Shown: positions 8,591-19,661, counted from the stretch's first letter. The stretch: DNA of 64,000 bases from Candidatus Bathyarchaeota archaeon (GCA_963768425.1 CAVYHV010000010.1:1-64000), one strand, 5' to 3'. Notes: generated by a model not told the origin, from the sequence alone. Program-made: numbers and translations.

Positions 8591-11291
8591 CTATGCTCTT
8601 TTTCTTGCCATCAAGATTGCGAGTACGGCTATCCCAATAATTATCACGATGATTATTGCGATGATACCGTACATGAGTGTGTTTTGCGTGGCTACTCCGC
8701 TAAGTGGTGTTGCAGTTGGTGCTGTTGTTGCTGGGGGTGAAGTAGCGTTATGTGTGCTTCTGCTGATGATGGCCAATATCCGTTTGTTCCAGCGAATACT
8801 GCGTAGATTGTGTAGTCGCCTGTTATGTCTGGTGTCCATGTGAAGCTGTAGGTTCCGCTTGCATCGGAGGTTGTTGTTCCGATTGACCGATAGTTGTGGT
8901 TACTGTCTAAGACATACAGATTTACTGGGACTCCCGTCAAGTTGCTTGGTAGCGGCTGCTGTTCGTATGCGGCTTCCATTAAGCCTCTCATGCTGTCATC
9001 GGATACGCAGGGTAGTCCGTTGGGGAAGTCTGCTTTGACTACTTCTTGAGATGCACCTGCACAGATATCGGTCACTGTGCCGCTTATCACGATTGGCGTC
9101 GCAGTTGTTACTCCAACAGAAGGCGCGCTAACGGTTGTTTGGCTTGGTCCTTGTCCATATGCGTAGATTTGTCCGTCGTAGGAGTTGAATGTGGTCAGGA
9201 TGCCGTCTGCAACTGCGGTTGCTGTGTCATCAAAGCCTAAGTTGCTCCAGACTAGTTGTCCGCTGGTTGCGTTCAAAGCTAACTGTAAAGCGCCGTGGAA
9301 TAGCGGTGGGTTATATTCGTGTCCTTCAGAGAGGTAAAGGATAGTGCCTGTTCCTGTGCCTGCCATAGCGTGGTCTGCGAAGACCCATATTGGGTATATA
9401 CCGTATGGTGATTCTGTTCCAGCGGGCCCGTTAATCTGATATGTGCTCCAAGTCCAAAGGATGTCTCCGTTAGCCAAGTTAATACCCCATACGTCTCCGC
9501 CTAAGCCCCAAACATACATTGTGTTCAACAATGGGTCTGGAATAGTGACGAGGCCGTATGCATCGTAGGTGTTCGGCATGTTGCCGTCAGCCATTCGCAC
9601 GTTCAGGTTAGTAGTCCATATTTGTTGGCCTGTCGCGTCTGAGTATGCTGCCATCTGGAATGTATTTTGGTTGGTTTCAACATAGATTCCGTTAGTTGCG
9701 CAGGGAAAGCCAGTCTAGTGTACGGTGTGTATATGCCGCCCGTCCGATTCATTATCCATTCCATCGCGCCTGTTTGTGCACTGTAGCCTGCTTCAAGCAA
9801 GTATCCTGTGGTTTCAGAGACAGAAACCGTTCCTGCTTCGAATATTAGTGTGTTTGAAGCCCATATAGTGGAGCCTAGAGCTGTACCGAGACCAGCACAG
9901 TTGGCCATTAATGGTTGGATCCATCGAAACAGCCCAGACTAATGCGTTGTTCCAGTCGTATTGGGAATTCAGCGGAATTGTCCAGTCGAATAAGCCGCTG
10001 CCGAAAGCTGACATTGCGCCTGAAGCTATGAATGCGTTGGTTAGATTGTACATTTCCAGTACGGGTCCCTTGGAAGCGGGAAAGACTACGGTTTTCGAGC
10101 CGATTAGTCCGTTACTAGTAACGGTTGGAATTTTACGGTCAGATCTGACGGTGGGGGGGAGGGTCCAAAGAAGTTTATAGTGGTGTTAGAGGCTGCTATG
10201 TAGCCGATTATGTTTCCGCCTGCGTCCTGTCCAAGGAATGAGAATGCGGGAGCGTTCGCGATTGAAGCGAGGTATTGTCCTGTCAAGCCGTCGTACATGT
10301 ACCAGGTGGCGGGTCCGAATGCGAAGAATCCTCCGCCGCTTTGGGCGAAGATGTATGGTCCAACGCAGCCGTACTGGTCAATGGTTGGGAAGTTGAGTAT
10401 CATGCCGCATCTTAGTGTGTATGTGGTGTTTATTACCCATAGGGTTTGTCCGTTGTATAGATCGATTGCCATGATTCCCTGTGAGCTGCCTGTCTGAGTT
10501 GTGTACCATTGTGAGTATTCGATGCCGTTCATGATGATTGGTGCGTATTTGGGATCGTACTGTGAGGTTGTCCAGTAGCTGCTGTATTGTTCGGTGTTGC
10601 CTAGTGGTGCTCCTGCTGCTCCTCCTACGCACCATGGTTTTGTCCACATAATGTGTGCGGAAGCGGGTGCAGTGGAGTATGGGTTGTAGTTGCCTGTGTC
10701 GTTGTATCCTCCTGTGTTGGCAAATGTGGCTGTGGAGTATCCCATCCAGCCTCCGTCTAAGGCTGCCCAGTTATAGATGTTTTCAGAGTTGACTGGAGTT
10801 TCCCAGTAGGCTGTCGGAAGCGGAGTGTTTGGTAAGCCGCCTCTCGGAGTGGTTGTTACAACTAGAATCGCTGGTTCACTTTGGCTTGGTGCATTGTAGT
10901 ATTGTTGATTGGGAGGGGCGAATTGCTGTCCAGCATAGAACAGTTGGAAGCTGTAGTTACCGACAGTTGTTGGAGTGTACGTGGTGAATGTACCTCCTGT
11001 TGTATCGGTGGTGAATGTTCCAAGTGATGAAGTTACTCCTGCTGGAGTAGTGACTTTGACTGTCATGCCCGTGGCGACTTGTTCAGAGAATAATGGTACA
11101 GCTAGCCAGAAGTCAACTGTAACTGTTTGCCCAACACCGCATGGGTTAGGAGCAACGTTGATGAAAGCGTAAGTTGGAACGTTGATGCTGCCAGCCGCTT
11201 GCGCGTGTACTGTGGCTGTTGAAGCTACGATTAAGCTTATCATAAGCATACAAAGTATTGTTGCAACAATTTTGTTTTTCAGAAATTGCAT
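8591..11291 (-). CDS. Large PQQ-like beta-propeller cell-surface protein (split by several frameshifts)
   Basis: ORF fragments are colinear with the intact paralog at 40633-43200 (PNPCGVGQ, HIMWTKP, YDGQIYAYGQGPS, DFPNGLPCVSD, C-terminal TM plus basic tail). Confidence 0.85.
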
Positions 11292-11657
11292 TTTCTTTTT
11301 TCTCCATTTATTCTTGTTTTTATTGAGCAACAAGCAGAAAAGCCCTTGCCCAATGAGTCCCTTTTTGACACACTTTATATTTAAGACTTGTGTACACCTT
11401 CATGTAGCCTCATTTTAAGATTTCAAGTCTATTTCGATCCATTTTTCACAAGAAAAGAGCAAAATCAGGTCTCTATGGAAAATGGAGTTTTTTCAAGGAT
11501 AGATACATAGATTGAAGAAACAGAACAATCTTTCAGCCCATTTGGGCAAAAAAGCACAAAGATGCCTGCCTTGACGGCTAGGTTCACAAAAACCGGAAAT
11601 GTAACAATGTTCGTTTTCGATCTTGTTAACAGAAAAATAAAAAAAGAGAAGGATTTT

Positions 11658-12422
11658 TTATTTTCTTGTCTTCTTGGTGATCGCATACGTTCCAAATGCA
11701 ACTATGACTAGTATTGCTGCGACTAAAATTGCTGCTACAGACGAGAATTCATCTACTTTTGGTGTTGCCGTTGGCGAAGTTGCTGGGCTTACGGCAGTAA
11801 AGACTGGCTGATAACTGTAGGTATTTCCGTAGCCATGATTAACGGTGTAAGGATTGTCCGTTGGCATGTCTGTGTAGGCATATACGCCGTGGTTCATGGG
11901 TGTGCCACCGATAACCCAGTGGCTAAAAGTGAATCCGCTATCTGCGGTCGCTTTCAATTCGAGATTTGTGACAGTAGATAGTGCGTATGTTCCTGGTGCA
12001 GGACTCACGGTGCCTCCGACTCCTGCCAAGATAACGACAATTGCGTCGGTACCTGTGTTTAATGTTGTGCCTGTTGGTCCTAAAAATTGTATGGGTACAA
12101 AGTTTGCTTGTATCGCGTATTCACTTTGGTTGAGCGTAAGTGAAAGCGGATTATCAGTGTCAGTGTACGATCCTGCTGCTGTGGCTATCTGCCAACCCCC
12201 AAACAAAAAGCCTGTGCCAGCGGTAGCCGTGAATGTTTCAGCCGAGCCGTCAGTGTAATTGTAGGTTCCCGGTGTAGGAATCGTTGTTCCACCTATTGAA
12301 GAAAAAACCACAACGCTATCTGTACCCGATGCTTTAACGCCTGAACTTAACCCTGCAACGAAAAGCGCCGAAGTCAACAAAAACAAGACAAGAATTTTAA
12401 AGTTCCTTGTAGTCTTTGACAA
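11658..12422 (-). CDS. Surface protein with two divergent InlB B-repeat-like domains and a PEF-CTERM-like anchor
   Basis: Signal peptide, two GGT..P.PGTY...TATA..GF.F..W repeats, VDEFS + TM + KKTRK. Confidence 0.7.
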   Translation of the reverse strand: MSKTTRNFKILVLFLLTSALFVAGLSSGVKASGTDSVVVFSSIGGTTIPTPGTYNYTDGSAETFTATAGTGFLFGGWQIATAAGSYTDTDNPLSLTLNQSEYAIQANFVPIQFLGPTGTTLNTGTDAIVVILAGVGGTVSPAPGTYALSTVTNLELKATADSGFTFSHWVIGGTPMNHGVYAYTDMPTDNPYTVNHGYGNTYSYQPVFTAVSPATSPTATPKVDEFSSVAAILVAAILVIVAFGTYAITKKTRK

Positions 12423-12677
12423 TTTTCTTTCACGCCAAAATTAGCCTGCTTGCTTGTTCTCAATTGTGCAGATTTCATTATATTTAAATATGTGATTGTG
12501 CGACGACAGCAACAAGCAAAAGTTTACGGTTCGATCGGCTTTAACATCAGTCTGAGCTGACAAAACTCTTTTTCGCTTAAGTATCAATCTATCTATTCGA
12601 TAGCAAAAGCGTTGATACAAAGTTTATAGTCAGCACCTAATATTGACTATGATGTACCGAAACGGATGTGAACTGAC

Positions 12678-13333
12678 ATGGATTTACCAGCAGAAGTTGG
12701 ATGCAATAAGGTCATCGATCAAGTTATTGCTTCCAGACGGTCAATCAGAAAGTTTAAGCAAGAAGCACCAGCAAGAGAACTGATAGTACAGATCCTTCAA
12801 GCCGGCCTTCTAGCACCGTATGCCGCTGCAAGCGTGTCAAGAGAAGATTTTAGACGATTCATTGTGATTCCAAGGGAAAGCAAAGCGACAAATCAAGTTG
12901 CTACAATATTGAAACGCAAAGCTCAATTCTGGAGCAAACAAATGGAAACGCAAATGCAACACGATGAATTCACCAAGCGGCGTGCAGGACCATTTCTGGA
13001 GCGACTCAAAATGATTGGCGAACATGGCGTTCCAAACATAGGAAAAGCACCTTATTTCATCATAGTGGCCGAACAGCGGGGAATACCCCCGGTTGAACAT
13101 CTTTCTTTGGCTCATTGTCTTCAAAATATGTGGCTGAAAGCTACAGCATCAGGTTAGGATTGCAACTTCTTTCAATAACCCAACAATTAGGAACTGACAA
13201 AGAATTCTGCGACTTGATAAAGATTCCCATGGGAGAATATGCAATTGACGATTGTTTAGTAGGTTACCCTGACATGAGCCCACCAACGCCAAAAAGGCCT
13301 AACTTAAATCAAGTTACCGAATGGATAGACTAA
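12678..13333 (+). CDS. Nitroreductase family protein (frameshift near 13150)
   Basis: IASRRSIRKF, LQNMWLKAT, then LGLQLLS...VGYP in the next frame. Confidence 0.85.
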
Positions 13334-13627
13334 TTCAAATCAAATGAGAATTGGCTCGTAGCAAATGGGACTCATACCTTGCGATGGAAGTATGTTGTGA
13401 TCAAAACAACTCAATAAACTTGCCGAAGCTAGCTCAGCTTATATACAAAACTTCACTGTCGTCCATGCGCACACTTGACGCGTCACGGAAAACAGACAGT
13501 TCGGCAGACAGATGCTTTAAAGCGAAGTTTAAAAAAGGGGTAGCCTCAAGCTCAAAGTTTAACGCAATAATTCAATCACTCTTTTATTCGCGTTCCTGTG
13601 AAAGGGCAATTAGTGAGTTGAATTAAT

Positions 13628-14278
13628 TTGGGTAACCGTTTCGTTGACAGATGGAAAAAGAAAGAGGATCAGCCAACGCTTGTGTCGAAGGTTAAAAGCG
13701 TCGTCAAGCCGCAGGAAAACCTAAAAGAACAAATTGCCTTGGTCATCCAGCGAATAGACGTACAAACCAGAACTCTAGATGCCGCTGTTCAGCGGTTTCA
13801 AAGCCGAGATGCAGACATCTTTAGCCGGGTAGTAAAAGCCTTTTCACAAAGAGACGAAGCCCGAGCCAACATCCTAGCCACTGAACTAGCCGAAATACGC
13901 AAAATCGAAAAAATGCTCACGCACGCCTCCTTAGCAATGCAAAGCGTATCGATGCGCCTCAACACAGTCTCAGAAATGGGCGACCTCGTAGCAGTCCTAA
14001 GCCCAGCAAAAAACGTCATAAACAGCGTTCGATCGGGAATGTGTGATATTCTTCCAGAAGCAAGCAATGAACTGGGGAACATCGGAAACCTCCTAAACGA
14101 CATAGTCGGGAGCACCTGCCAAACTGCAGACATACCTGTAAACAACATACGAATGGATCCTGAAACAGAAGCAATCTTAAAAGAAGCAGAGATAGCCACA
14201 GAAAGAAAACTCAAACAGCAATTACCCGAAGTGGCAGAGGATAACCCAAGAGAAAGACTAGCGAGCGTACAAGCTTAG
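13628..14278 (+). CDS. ESCRT-III (Snf7/CdvB-paralog) protein
   Basis: RANILATELAEIRKIEKML...SMRLNTVSEMGDL helical hairpin typical of archaeal CdvB/Snf7. Confidence 0.85.
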   Translation: MGNRFVDRWKKKEDQPTLVSKVKSVVKPQENLKEQIALVIQRIDVQTRTLDAAVQRFQSRDADIFSRVVKAFSQRDEARANILATELAEIRKIEKMLTHASLAMQSVSMRLNTVSEMGDLVAVLSPAKNVINSVRSGMCDILPEASNELGNIGNLLNDIVGSTCQTADIPVNNIRMDPETEAILKEAEIATERKLKQQLPEVAEDNPRERLASVQA

Positions 14279-14326
14279 CAATCTTTTCCTTTCCACTCTT
14301 TTTGTATAAGAATCAGAAGAAGAAGC

Positions 14327-14656
14327 TTAAGCGATTCTCATTATCGCTCTTTTCTTAGCAACACCCATTTTATCCGTTATCTCTTGAAATACAAAATAAT
14401 TTTCTTCCATAGGCTGCGAAAGAAAATAAACGGTTGAGTAACGGGTTCCAACTGGGATGACAAGCCTATTCTTTTCGAGGATTGTAAGGTGATGTCTTAC
14501 TGTTTTGTAGTCCACTTTGAGTTGGGTAGCCAGTTGGTTCGCGTTTCGGGGGTTGCTTTTGACGCTTTTAATTATTCTTGCGCGTGTTTTGCCGCCTTTT
14601 GTTCCTGTGATTAACCATCCGAGTAATTGTTTGAGGGGTTGATCGCTGGTTATCAT
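14327..14656 (-). CDS. ArsR-like winged HTH regulator
   Basis: GTKGGKTRARII...PRNANQLA...DYKTVRHHL..LEKN. Confidence 0.85.
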   Translation of the reverse strand: MITSDQPLKQLLGWLITGTKGGKTRARIIKSVKSNPRNANQLATQLKVDYKTVRHHLTILEKNRLVIPVGTRYSTVYFLSQPMEENYFVFQEITDKMGVAKKRAIMRIA

Positions 14657-14690
14657 GTTGGTTACCTGCAACGTTATCAATATACACTGC

Positions 14691-14707
14691 TACTATTTAA
14701 GGTAGTA
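14691..14707. promoter_or_regulatory. Putative BlaI-type operator 1 (TACTAT-N5-GTAGTA)
   Basis: Palindrome gctacta-tttaagg-tagtagc overlapping the TATA-like box of the divergent wHTH gene. Confidence 0.55.
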
Positions 14708-14868
14708 GCTGCTAAGTACTGTAACAGCTATGCCCATCGCATAGAACCAACCTTATCAGTTAGCTCAAATGCAATTGAAAAAAGCAGCGAAGAAAAATAT
14801 TAAACCCCCATTCCTCCTTGCTTTTTGCAACTAGAGAACGGATATAAGTTGGGAAAAACTTAAAGAGC

Positions 14869-14885
14869 TACTACAGATGATAGTA
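14869..14885. promoter_or_regulatory. Putative BlaI-type operator 2 (TACTAC-N5-ATAGTA)
   Basis: Same palindrome just downstream of the cttaaag TATA-like box and upstream of the blaI-like ATG at 14901. Confidence 0.55.
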
Positions 14886-14900
14886 ATGCGGTTGCATGCC

Positions 14901-15350
14901 ATGACTGAAGACAAAAAACCGGAATTCTCACAATACAACATCGACGGCAAAGCATTGGAAGCGTTCCTGGGCCCGTTGGAAGCCAACGTTATGGAATCAA
15001 TTTGGGGCTCAAGGAAAACGCCGATTACCGTAAGAGAGATCTACGAGGCCCTTAAGAAAACCCGAGGCTTAGCGTACACAACCGTTATGTCCACGATGGA
15101 CAGACTGTTTGAGAAGCATCTTCTTGACCGCAAGATAGAGAAAGGCAGAGGCGGATTGTACTATGTCTATTGGCCAGCACTTGAAAAGCAGTCCTTTCAG
15201 AAATCCGCTGTCCGCGAGGTTCTCTCCAGCCTTATTGACAACTTTGGCGATGTGGTGGCTAACTGTTTAGTCGATGAAACCAGCTTAAATGAAGAGGACC
15301 GCAAAACGCTCAAAGAGCAATTGAACAGGAACATAGCTAAGAAGAAATGA
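14901..15350 (+). CDS. BlaI/MecI/CopY family repressor
   Basis: LGPLEANVMESIW...TVREI...LAYTTVMSTMDRLFEK. Confidence 0.9.
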   Translation: MTEDKKPEFSQYNIDGKALEAFLGPLEANVMESIWGSRKTPITVREIYEALKKTRGLAYTTVMSTMDRLFEKHLLDRKIEKGRGGLYYVYWPALEKQSFQKSAVREVLSSLIDNFGDVVANCLVDETSLNEEDRKTLKEQLNRNIAKKK

Positions 15351-15369
15351 GTTGGAAGGCGTGCTTTAA

Positions 15370-16776
15370 ATGAGTTTTGAAGGCATCCTCAACCAGATTT
15401 TTCAACCATATTTCTACTACTCAGTCATATTTCTGGTCGTTTCATTTACATGCGTAAAAATCCTAACTAGATATTGCAGTTTTATTAGTCAAAGAACAAA
15501 AAGTCTCCTCTACATTTTTCCATTAGCTTTGCCCTTAGCAGTCATGCTTGCCGCTTTCCCCTCTACAAGCATCCAAACCACCATCCATCAACTCAAAACC
15601 ATCAACCTTGGGTCGGCTGGAGGTCCATTTGGACCGTTTTTTCCGCCACCAGCCCAACTAATCACGTCAACAAGTACTGTACTTTCCGTTACAGGAATAA
15701 TTTGCTACATCGGGTTGATTGCAGGAGCCCTCTTTGCACTTTCAATGATTCTTTCTGATGACCGATTAGCAAGACGGGTCCTGCGTGTAATTTTGATTTC
15801 TCCGCAAGAGCATCAATGGTTGCAGGCAAAGGTGACAGAATCATCCAAAAAATTAGGTATCGCTCCTCCAAAGATTGGGGTTGTTGAAGACCTTCGACCT
15901 AACGCGTTCACGATTGGTTTCGGTCGAAGAGCAACGATTGTTTTCTCAATTGGATTATTCAACCTGTTAAGCAGGGAAGAAGTAGTTGCCGTTGCGTCTC
16001 ATGAGTTGGCGCACGTTAAAAACAACGATTTCTTCTTCAAAACGATTTCTAACGCCTTGACTACTGTTTCTTTCTTTAATCCCTTGGCGTACATTTCTTC
16101 TTCGAACGCTCAAAGAGAAAGAGAGATGCTTGCTGATGAACGGGCAGTTGAACTTCTTGAAAAACCTTCAGCTTTGGCAAATGCACTTGCTAAAATATGC
16201 AAAGCACTCCAGAACCTGCCTAAGGAAGGCTCGCTGGCCAACTTCTCCTTGAATCTGCTCGTCTCCTCTTCAGTTCTGCACAGAGTCGGGATACTTTCAA
16301 CTCACCCGAGGTTAGATACGAGGCTCAGAAACATCTCTGCGCCGAAAACGAAACACAAGCATTGGAGTCGACGAAACACTCATTTGGCTCTTGCGCTTTC
16401 CATCTTTCTCATTGTTTCCGCGGTAGCGATAAGCTTAGCATTGGCAGATTTGCAAGTCAATTTTACGGCAGATTTCGCCGCGTCACAGGTCATGAAGATA
16501 ATTCCGACCCCTTTCATTGTGACTGGCTACCAACTTGGTCCAAGCAACCTTACAATGCTCCCTCCAGCACCGTTTAATGGCGAACAAAGCTGTAACGTAC
16601 TAATTTACAGCCCCATTCCAACCTACAGAAACATTTACACAGAAACTGGAGACAACGCCGCGCTTAACGGGCAGGAAATTGCAACAGGGGAGTTTTTCAT
16701 TGTTCATTCACAGAATTCGCCGTATCCTCCAATGCAGACAAATGACCACCTTCCCGGCAGTATATGGATGGGGTAG
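15370..16776 (+). CDS. BlaR1-like M56/M48 membrane zinc protease
   Basis: PNAFT, HELAH, EREMLAD and STHP motifs; TMs; follows the BlaI-like gene. Confidence 0.85.
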   Translation: MSFEGILNQIFQPYFYYSVIFLVVSFTCVKILTRYCSFISQRTKSLLYIFPLALPLAVMLAAFPSTSIQTTIHQLKTINLGSAGGPFGPFFPPPAQLITSTSTVLSVTGIICYIGLIAGALFALSMILSDDRLARRVLRVILISPQEHQWLQAKVTESSKKLGIAPPKIGVVEDLRPNAFTIGFGRRATIVFSIGLFNLLSREEVVAVASHELAHVKNNDFFFKTISNALTTVSFFNPLAYISSSNAQREREMLADERAVELLEKPSALANALAKICKALQNLPKEGSLANFSLNLLVSSSVLHRVGILSTHPRLDTRLRNISAPKTKHKHWSRRNTHLALALSIFLIVSAVAISLALADLQVNFTADFAASQVMKIIPTPFIVTGYQLGPSNLTMLPPAPFNGEQSCNVLIYSPIPTYRNIYTETGDNAALNGQEIATGEFFIVHSQNSPYPPMQTNDHLPGSIWMG

Positions 16777-16870
16777 AATGTGTCCTGCTCCTAACCTAAG
16801 AAGGCACAATATTTAAGCATGAACTTGCTGAACTCTGCAAGACGATGCCAGCCAGCAGATTTATCATCTT

Positions 16871-17656
16871 TTATTTTGTTGAAACGTACTTGACAGTGAA
16901 GTCTGCTCCATCTGTTGCAATATTTGAAACAGAAGCTAACTGAGTGTTGACGCTGTTAGTCATCGCTATTCTAGAAAAATAAAATGCTTGTATCGGACCT
17001 GGCTTGCTGTCCGCGCCTAGATGGCAGCCTGTGAAGGTGACGTCCCCGAAGTCAGCCAAAGTGCTAATATTGTTGCTCACCGTCGGACGCTCAAGTATCC
17101 ACTCGCCCGAAGAGCCCGTGGAGTTGTAGGCAACTGTTGTACCGAAATATTGACCCGTAGTTGAATCACTAATCTGTATGTTCCATCTGTTCACGGCTGG
17201 ATCAACTAGGCGTAAAGAAGCAACCATAACGTCCCCTGGAGAAACAACAATGGTATTTACTCTCACGGCGTATGCGGGTATGAGCTCATACCAGGAGTAA
17301 TAGAAGTCTTTCCCGCCGCTTGCGTCCTGTTCTGTTCCCGCCTGAATAAGAGTGTCATCCAGCTGGCCGCCGACCCCAACCCATATTGACGAATGTTCAT
17401 CACCTGCTGTAGTGGCAACCGAGGGAACTGTCCATGAACCGTTTATTGCGTTGACTTGAATGTTGGCGTTTGCGTCCCTTGAAATAATGTATCCAGCCCA
17501 GCTTTCGCTTGAAATTGTTTCGCCTTGAGGATCATTTTGAAAAGTTAATTGCAGAATTGCCAGGAAAGATAAGGACAACACTAGCAAAGCAATCCAGATT
17601 ATCATAAGGAAAACTATTCGATGCTGAAGTCTTATCTTTCCTATCACATTGTTCAC
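16871..17656 (-). CDS. Peptidase G1 (eqolisin/A4) glutamic peptidase, membrane anchored
   Basis: SESWAGY, WVGVGG, LIQAGTEQD and SSGEWILERP motifs. Confidence 0.88.
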   Translation of the reverse strand: MNNVIGKIRLQHRIVFLMIIWIALLVLSLSFLAILQLTFQNDPQGETISSESWAGYIISRDANANIQVNAINGSWTVPSVATTAGDEHSSIWVGVGGQLDDTLIQAGTEQDASGGKDFYYSWYELIPAYAVRVNTIVVSPGDVMVASLRLVDPAVNRWNIQISDSTTGQYFGTTVAYNSTGSSGEWILERPTVSNNISTLADFGDVTFTGCHLGADSKPGPIQAFYFSRIAMTNSVNTQLASVSNIATDGADFTVKYVSTK

Positions 17657-17929
17657 CGATCAAAAGCGACTAGCCTCCAATTTACGACATCGCTAGTCTA
17701 AAGAATAATCATTGATGCTACAAAATAAAAGTATTTGTTAAATGGAGTTGGTAATCCTAAATTAAAATGCTCTTGGTGGGATCAATTACGAAAAGTAAAT
17801 TCAGGAAGAATTTCCATGAGATTCATTATAAAGGGTTGTTAAATTTTTTCTTCGCAAAAATTATAGACGCTGAGTTAATAACTTAAATACTAAACCTTCA
17901 CAATTCCGCTTGAGTAAGCAGGGGCTTAT

Positions 17930-18373
17930 TTGAGTAGCGACATTAAAGATTCCAAAAACAACATTGAGGAACTAGGCAAAAAACTAGACCAGATTCTTCG
18001 CCGCCTTGACTTGCTAGAGGAGCTTATAGTTGAGAAGCCCGAGTTCGAGGGCTTAACAGCGGCTTTGCGGATGACTAGGGTGGGTATAGGCATGTATGGT
18101 GAACCTCTTAAAATCGCTGCGCGACTCAAAAACGCCGAGGTTTACCTCAAGCGAAACTTGATCGCTCAAGATGAAATTTCAAGATGCATAATTCAAGCCT
18201 TAGCCGTGAAAGGCGCACTAAACATCTCAGCGATTACGCGGCAGGTCACGTCTATGCGCGGGAAGGCAAGCCGGCGCATTGTACGGAAAAGAGTTATCAA
18301 ACTTCAGGATCAGGGGATTCTCTTAAAAAAAGAAGGAAAAACTCCAACGTACGATTTAACACAAAAGGACTGA
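17930..18373 (+). CDS. Hypothetical protein, N-terminal coiled coil plus C-terminal wHTH
   Basis: LNISAITRQV...ASRRIVRKRVIKL HTH-like. Confidence 0.7.
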   Translation: MSSDIKDSKNNIEELGKKLDQILRRLDLLEELIVEKPEFEGLTAALRMTRVGIGMYGEPLKIAARLKNAEVYLKRNLIAQDEISRCIIQALAVKGALNISAITRQVTSMRGKASRRIVRKRVIKLQDQGILLKKEGKTPTYDLTQKD

Positions 18374-18439
18374 CCAGGCGCGTGGTCACTTTTGCACAGA
18401 ACACCTAACTTAGGTGACCACTCCATTAATGTTTCAGAG

Positions 18440-18769
18440 ATGAAAAACATGTCCAAGGAAGAAAGAAAAGAAAAACACATGGATCCAGAAAATGTAAAAG
18501 AGCTACTCAGCGTCGTTTCAACTGAAGTTCCCACAATGATCAAAAGCATAATGAGCAGTGTTTTCTCTGAAGAAGCAGGAAAAAACATGGGTAAAGCAGC
18601 TGCTGCCTACTACAAGGAACTCAAAGCCGGCGGACTCCCGGACGAAGTTGCGGTAAAACTGACACAGGAATACATGCAGACATTCACGAACATAGGGCAA
18701 ATCTTCAGAAACGCAGGCGGAGGCAGGTTCAGCCACTTTCATCCAGAAAAAGGAGCAGAAGACGAGTAG
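18440..18769 (+). CDS. Hypothetical helical protein
   Basis: ORF in an operon-like cluster; YYKELKAGGLPDEVAVKL motif. Confidence 0.7.
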   Translation: MKNMSKEERKEKHMDPENVKELLSVVSTEVPTMIKSIMSSVFSEEAGKNMGKAAAAYYKELKAGGLPDEVAVKLTQEYMQTFTNIGQIFRNAGGGRFSHFHPEKGAEDE

Positions 18770-18798
18770 CTTCCTTTTTTCTCTTTGAGGAACTAACT

Positions 18799-19053
18799 AT
18801 GAGTGAAACTAAAACAATTGTTTCAGCGGTGGTAAAGTCAACGCCTTACATTGCCCGTTTGTCGTTGAGCTTAACGTGGATGTACTTGACGTTAGGGTAC
18901 CGAGTGCGCAAGACAAGAGGAGCATTTGAGAAACAACTCGTTGCCCAAGGCATGTCAAAGGAAAATGCGAAACTTCTCAGCGCATCCTTTGAAGATCTCA
19001 AAAACGAGATTACAGGCGGCTTAAAAAAAGCTGTAATATCAAGGAGTCAGTGA
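18799..19053 (+). CDS. Hypothetical protein
   Basis: GAGG RBS; FEKQLVAQGMSKENAKLL resembles the motif in the preceding ORF. Confidence 0.7.
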   Translation: MSETKTIVSAVVKSTPYIARLSLSLTWMYLTLGYRVRKTRGAFEKQLVAQGMSKENAKLLSASFEDLKNEITGGLKKAVISRSQ

Positions 19054-19059
19054 ACAGTC

Positions 19060-19593
19060 ATGTCAAACATTTGGTTTAAACTGATGGCTTTAGAATTCAA
19101 AATTCGAGATTCCCGTCACCCACGGGCGGACATCTTGAAAGAAGCGCAGCTAAGGCAAGGCTTTCATGTGCTAGACTACGGCTGCGGACCAGGCGGCTAC
19201 GTGTTCCCAGCATCCAAAATGATAGGCGAAACTGGCAAACTATACGCCCTTGACGTCACTCCGCTTGCAATAAAAATGGTCAAAAATATTGTTGCGAAGA
19301 ACGGTTTGACAAACGTGGAAACAATCCTTTCTGATTGCCCAACCGGATTGCCCGATCAAAGCTTAGACGCAGTGCTACTGTATGACGTCTTCCACGATTT
19401 GGAGGATCAAACGGTGGTTTTAAACGAGATTCACAGAGTGCTAAAGCAGGACGGTGTTCTTTCCTTTAGCGATCACCACCTAAAGGAGCAAGCCATCCTC
19501 TTGTCAGTGACTAACGGAGAACTATTCAAACTGTTAAGAAAACAGGAGCACACCTACACCTTTGGGAAGAACAAGAAAAATCATTCGGCATAG
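19060..19593 (+). CDS. Class I SAM-dependent methyltransferase
   Basis: VLDYGCGPG, LYALD, EIHRVLKQDG. Confidence 0.9.
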   Translation: MSNIWFKLMALEFKIRDSRHPRADILKEAQLRQGFHVLDYGCGPGGYVFPASKMIGETGKLYALDVTPLAIKMVKNIVAKNGLTNVETILSDCPTGLPDQSLDAVLLYDVFHDLEDQTVVLNEIHRVLKQDGVLSFSDHHLKEQAILLSVTNGELFKLLRKQEHTYTFGKNKKNHSA

Positions 19594-19661
19594 CACTTGT
19601 CTAAAACTTTCAACTTCGGGTTTGCTAATCCTTATTTCCTTGAGGGTGCTCTGTATTTTTT

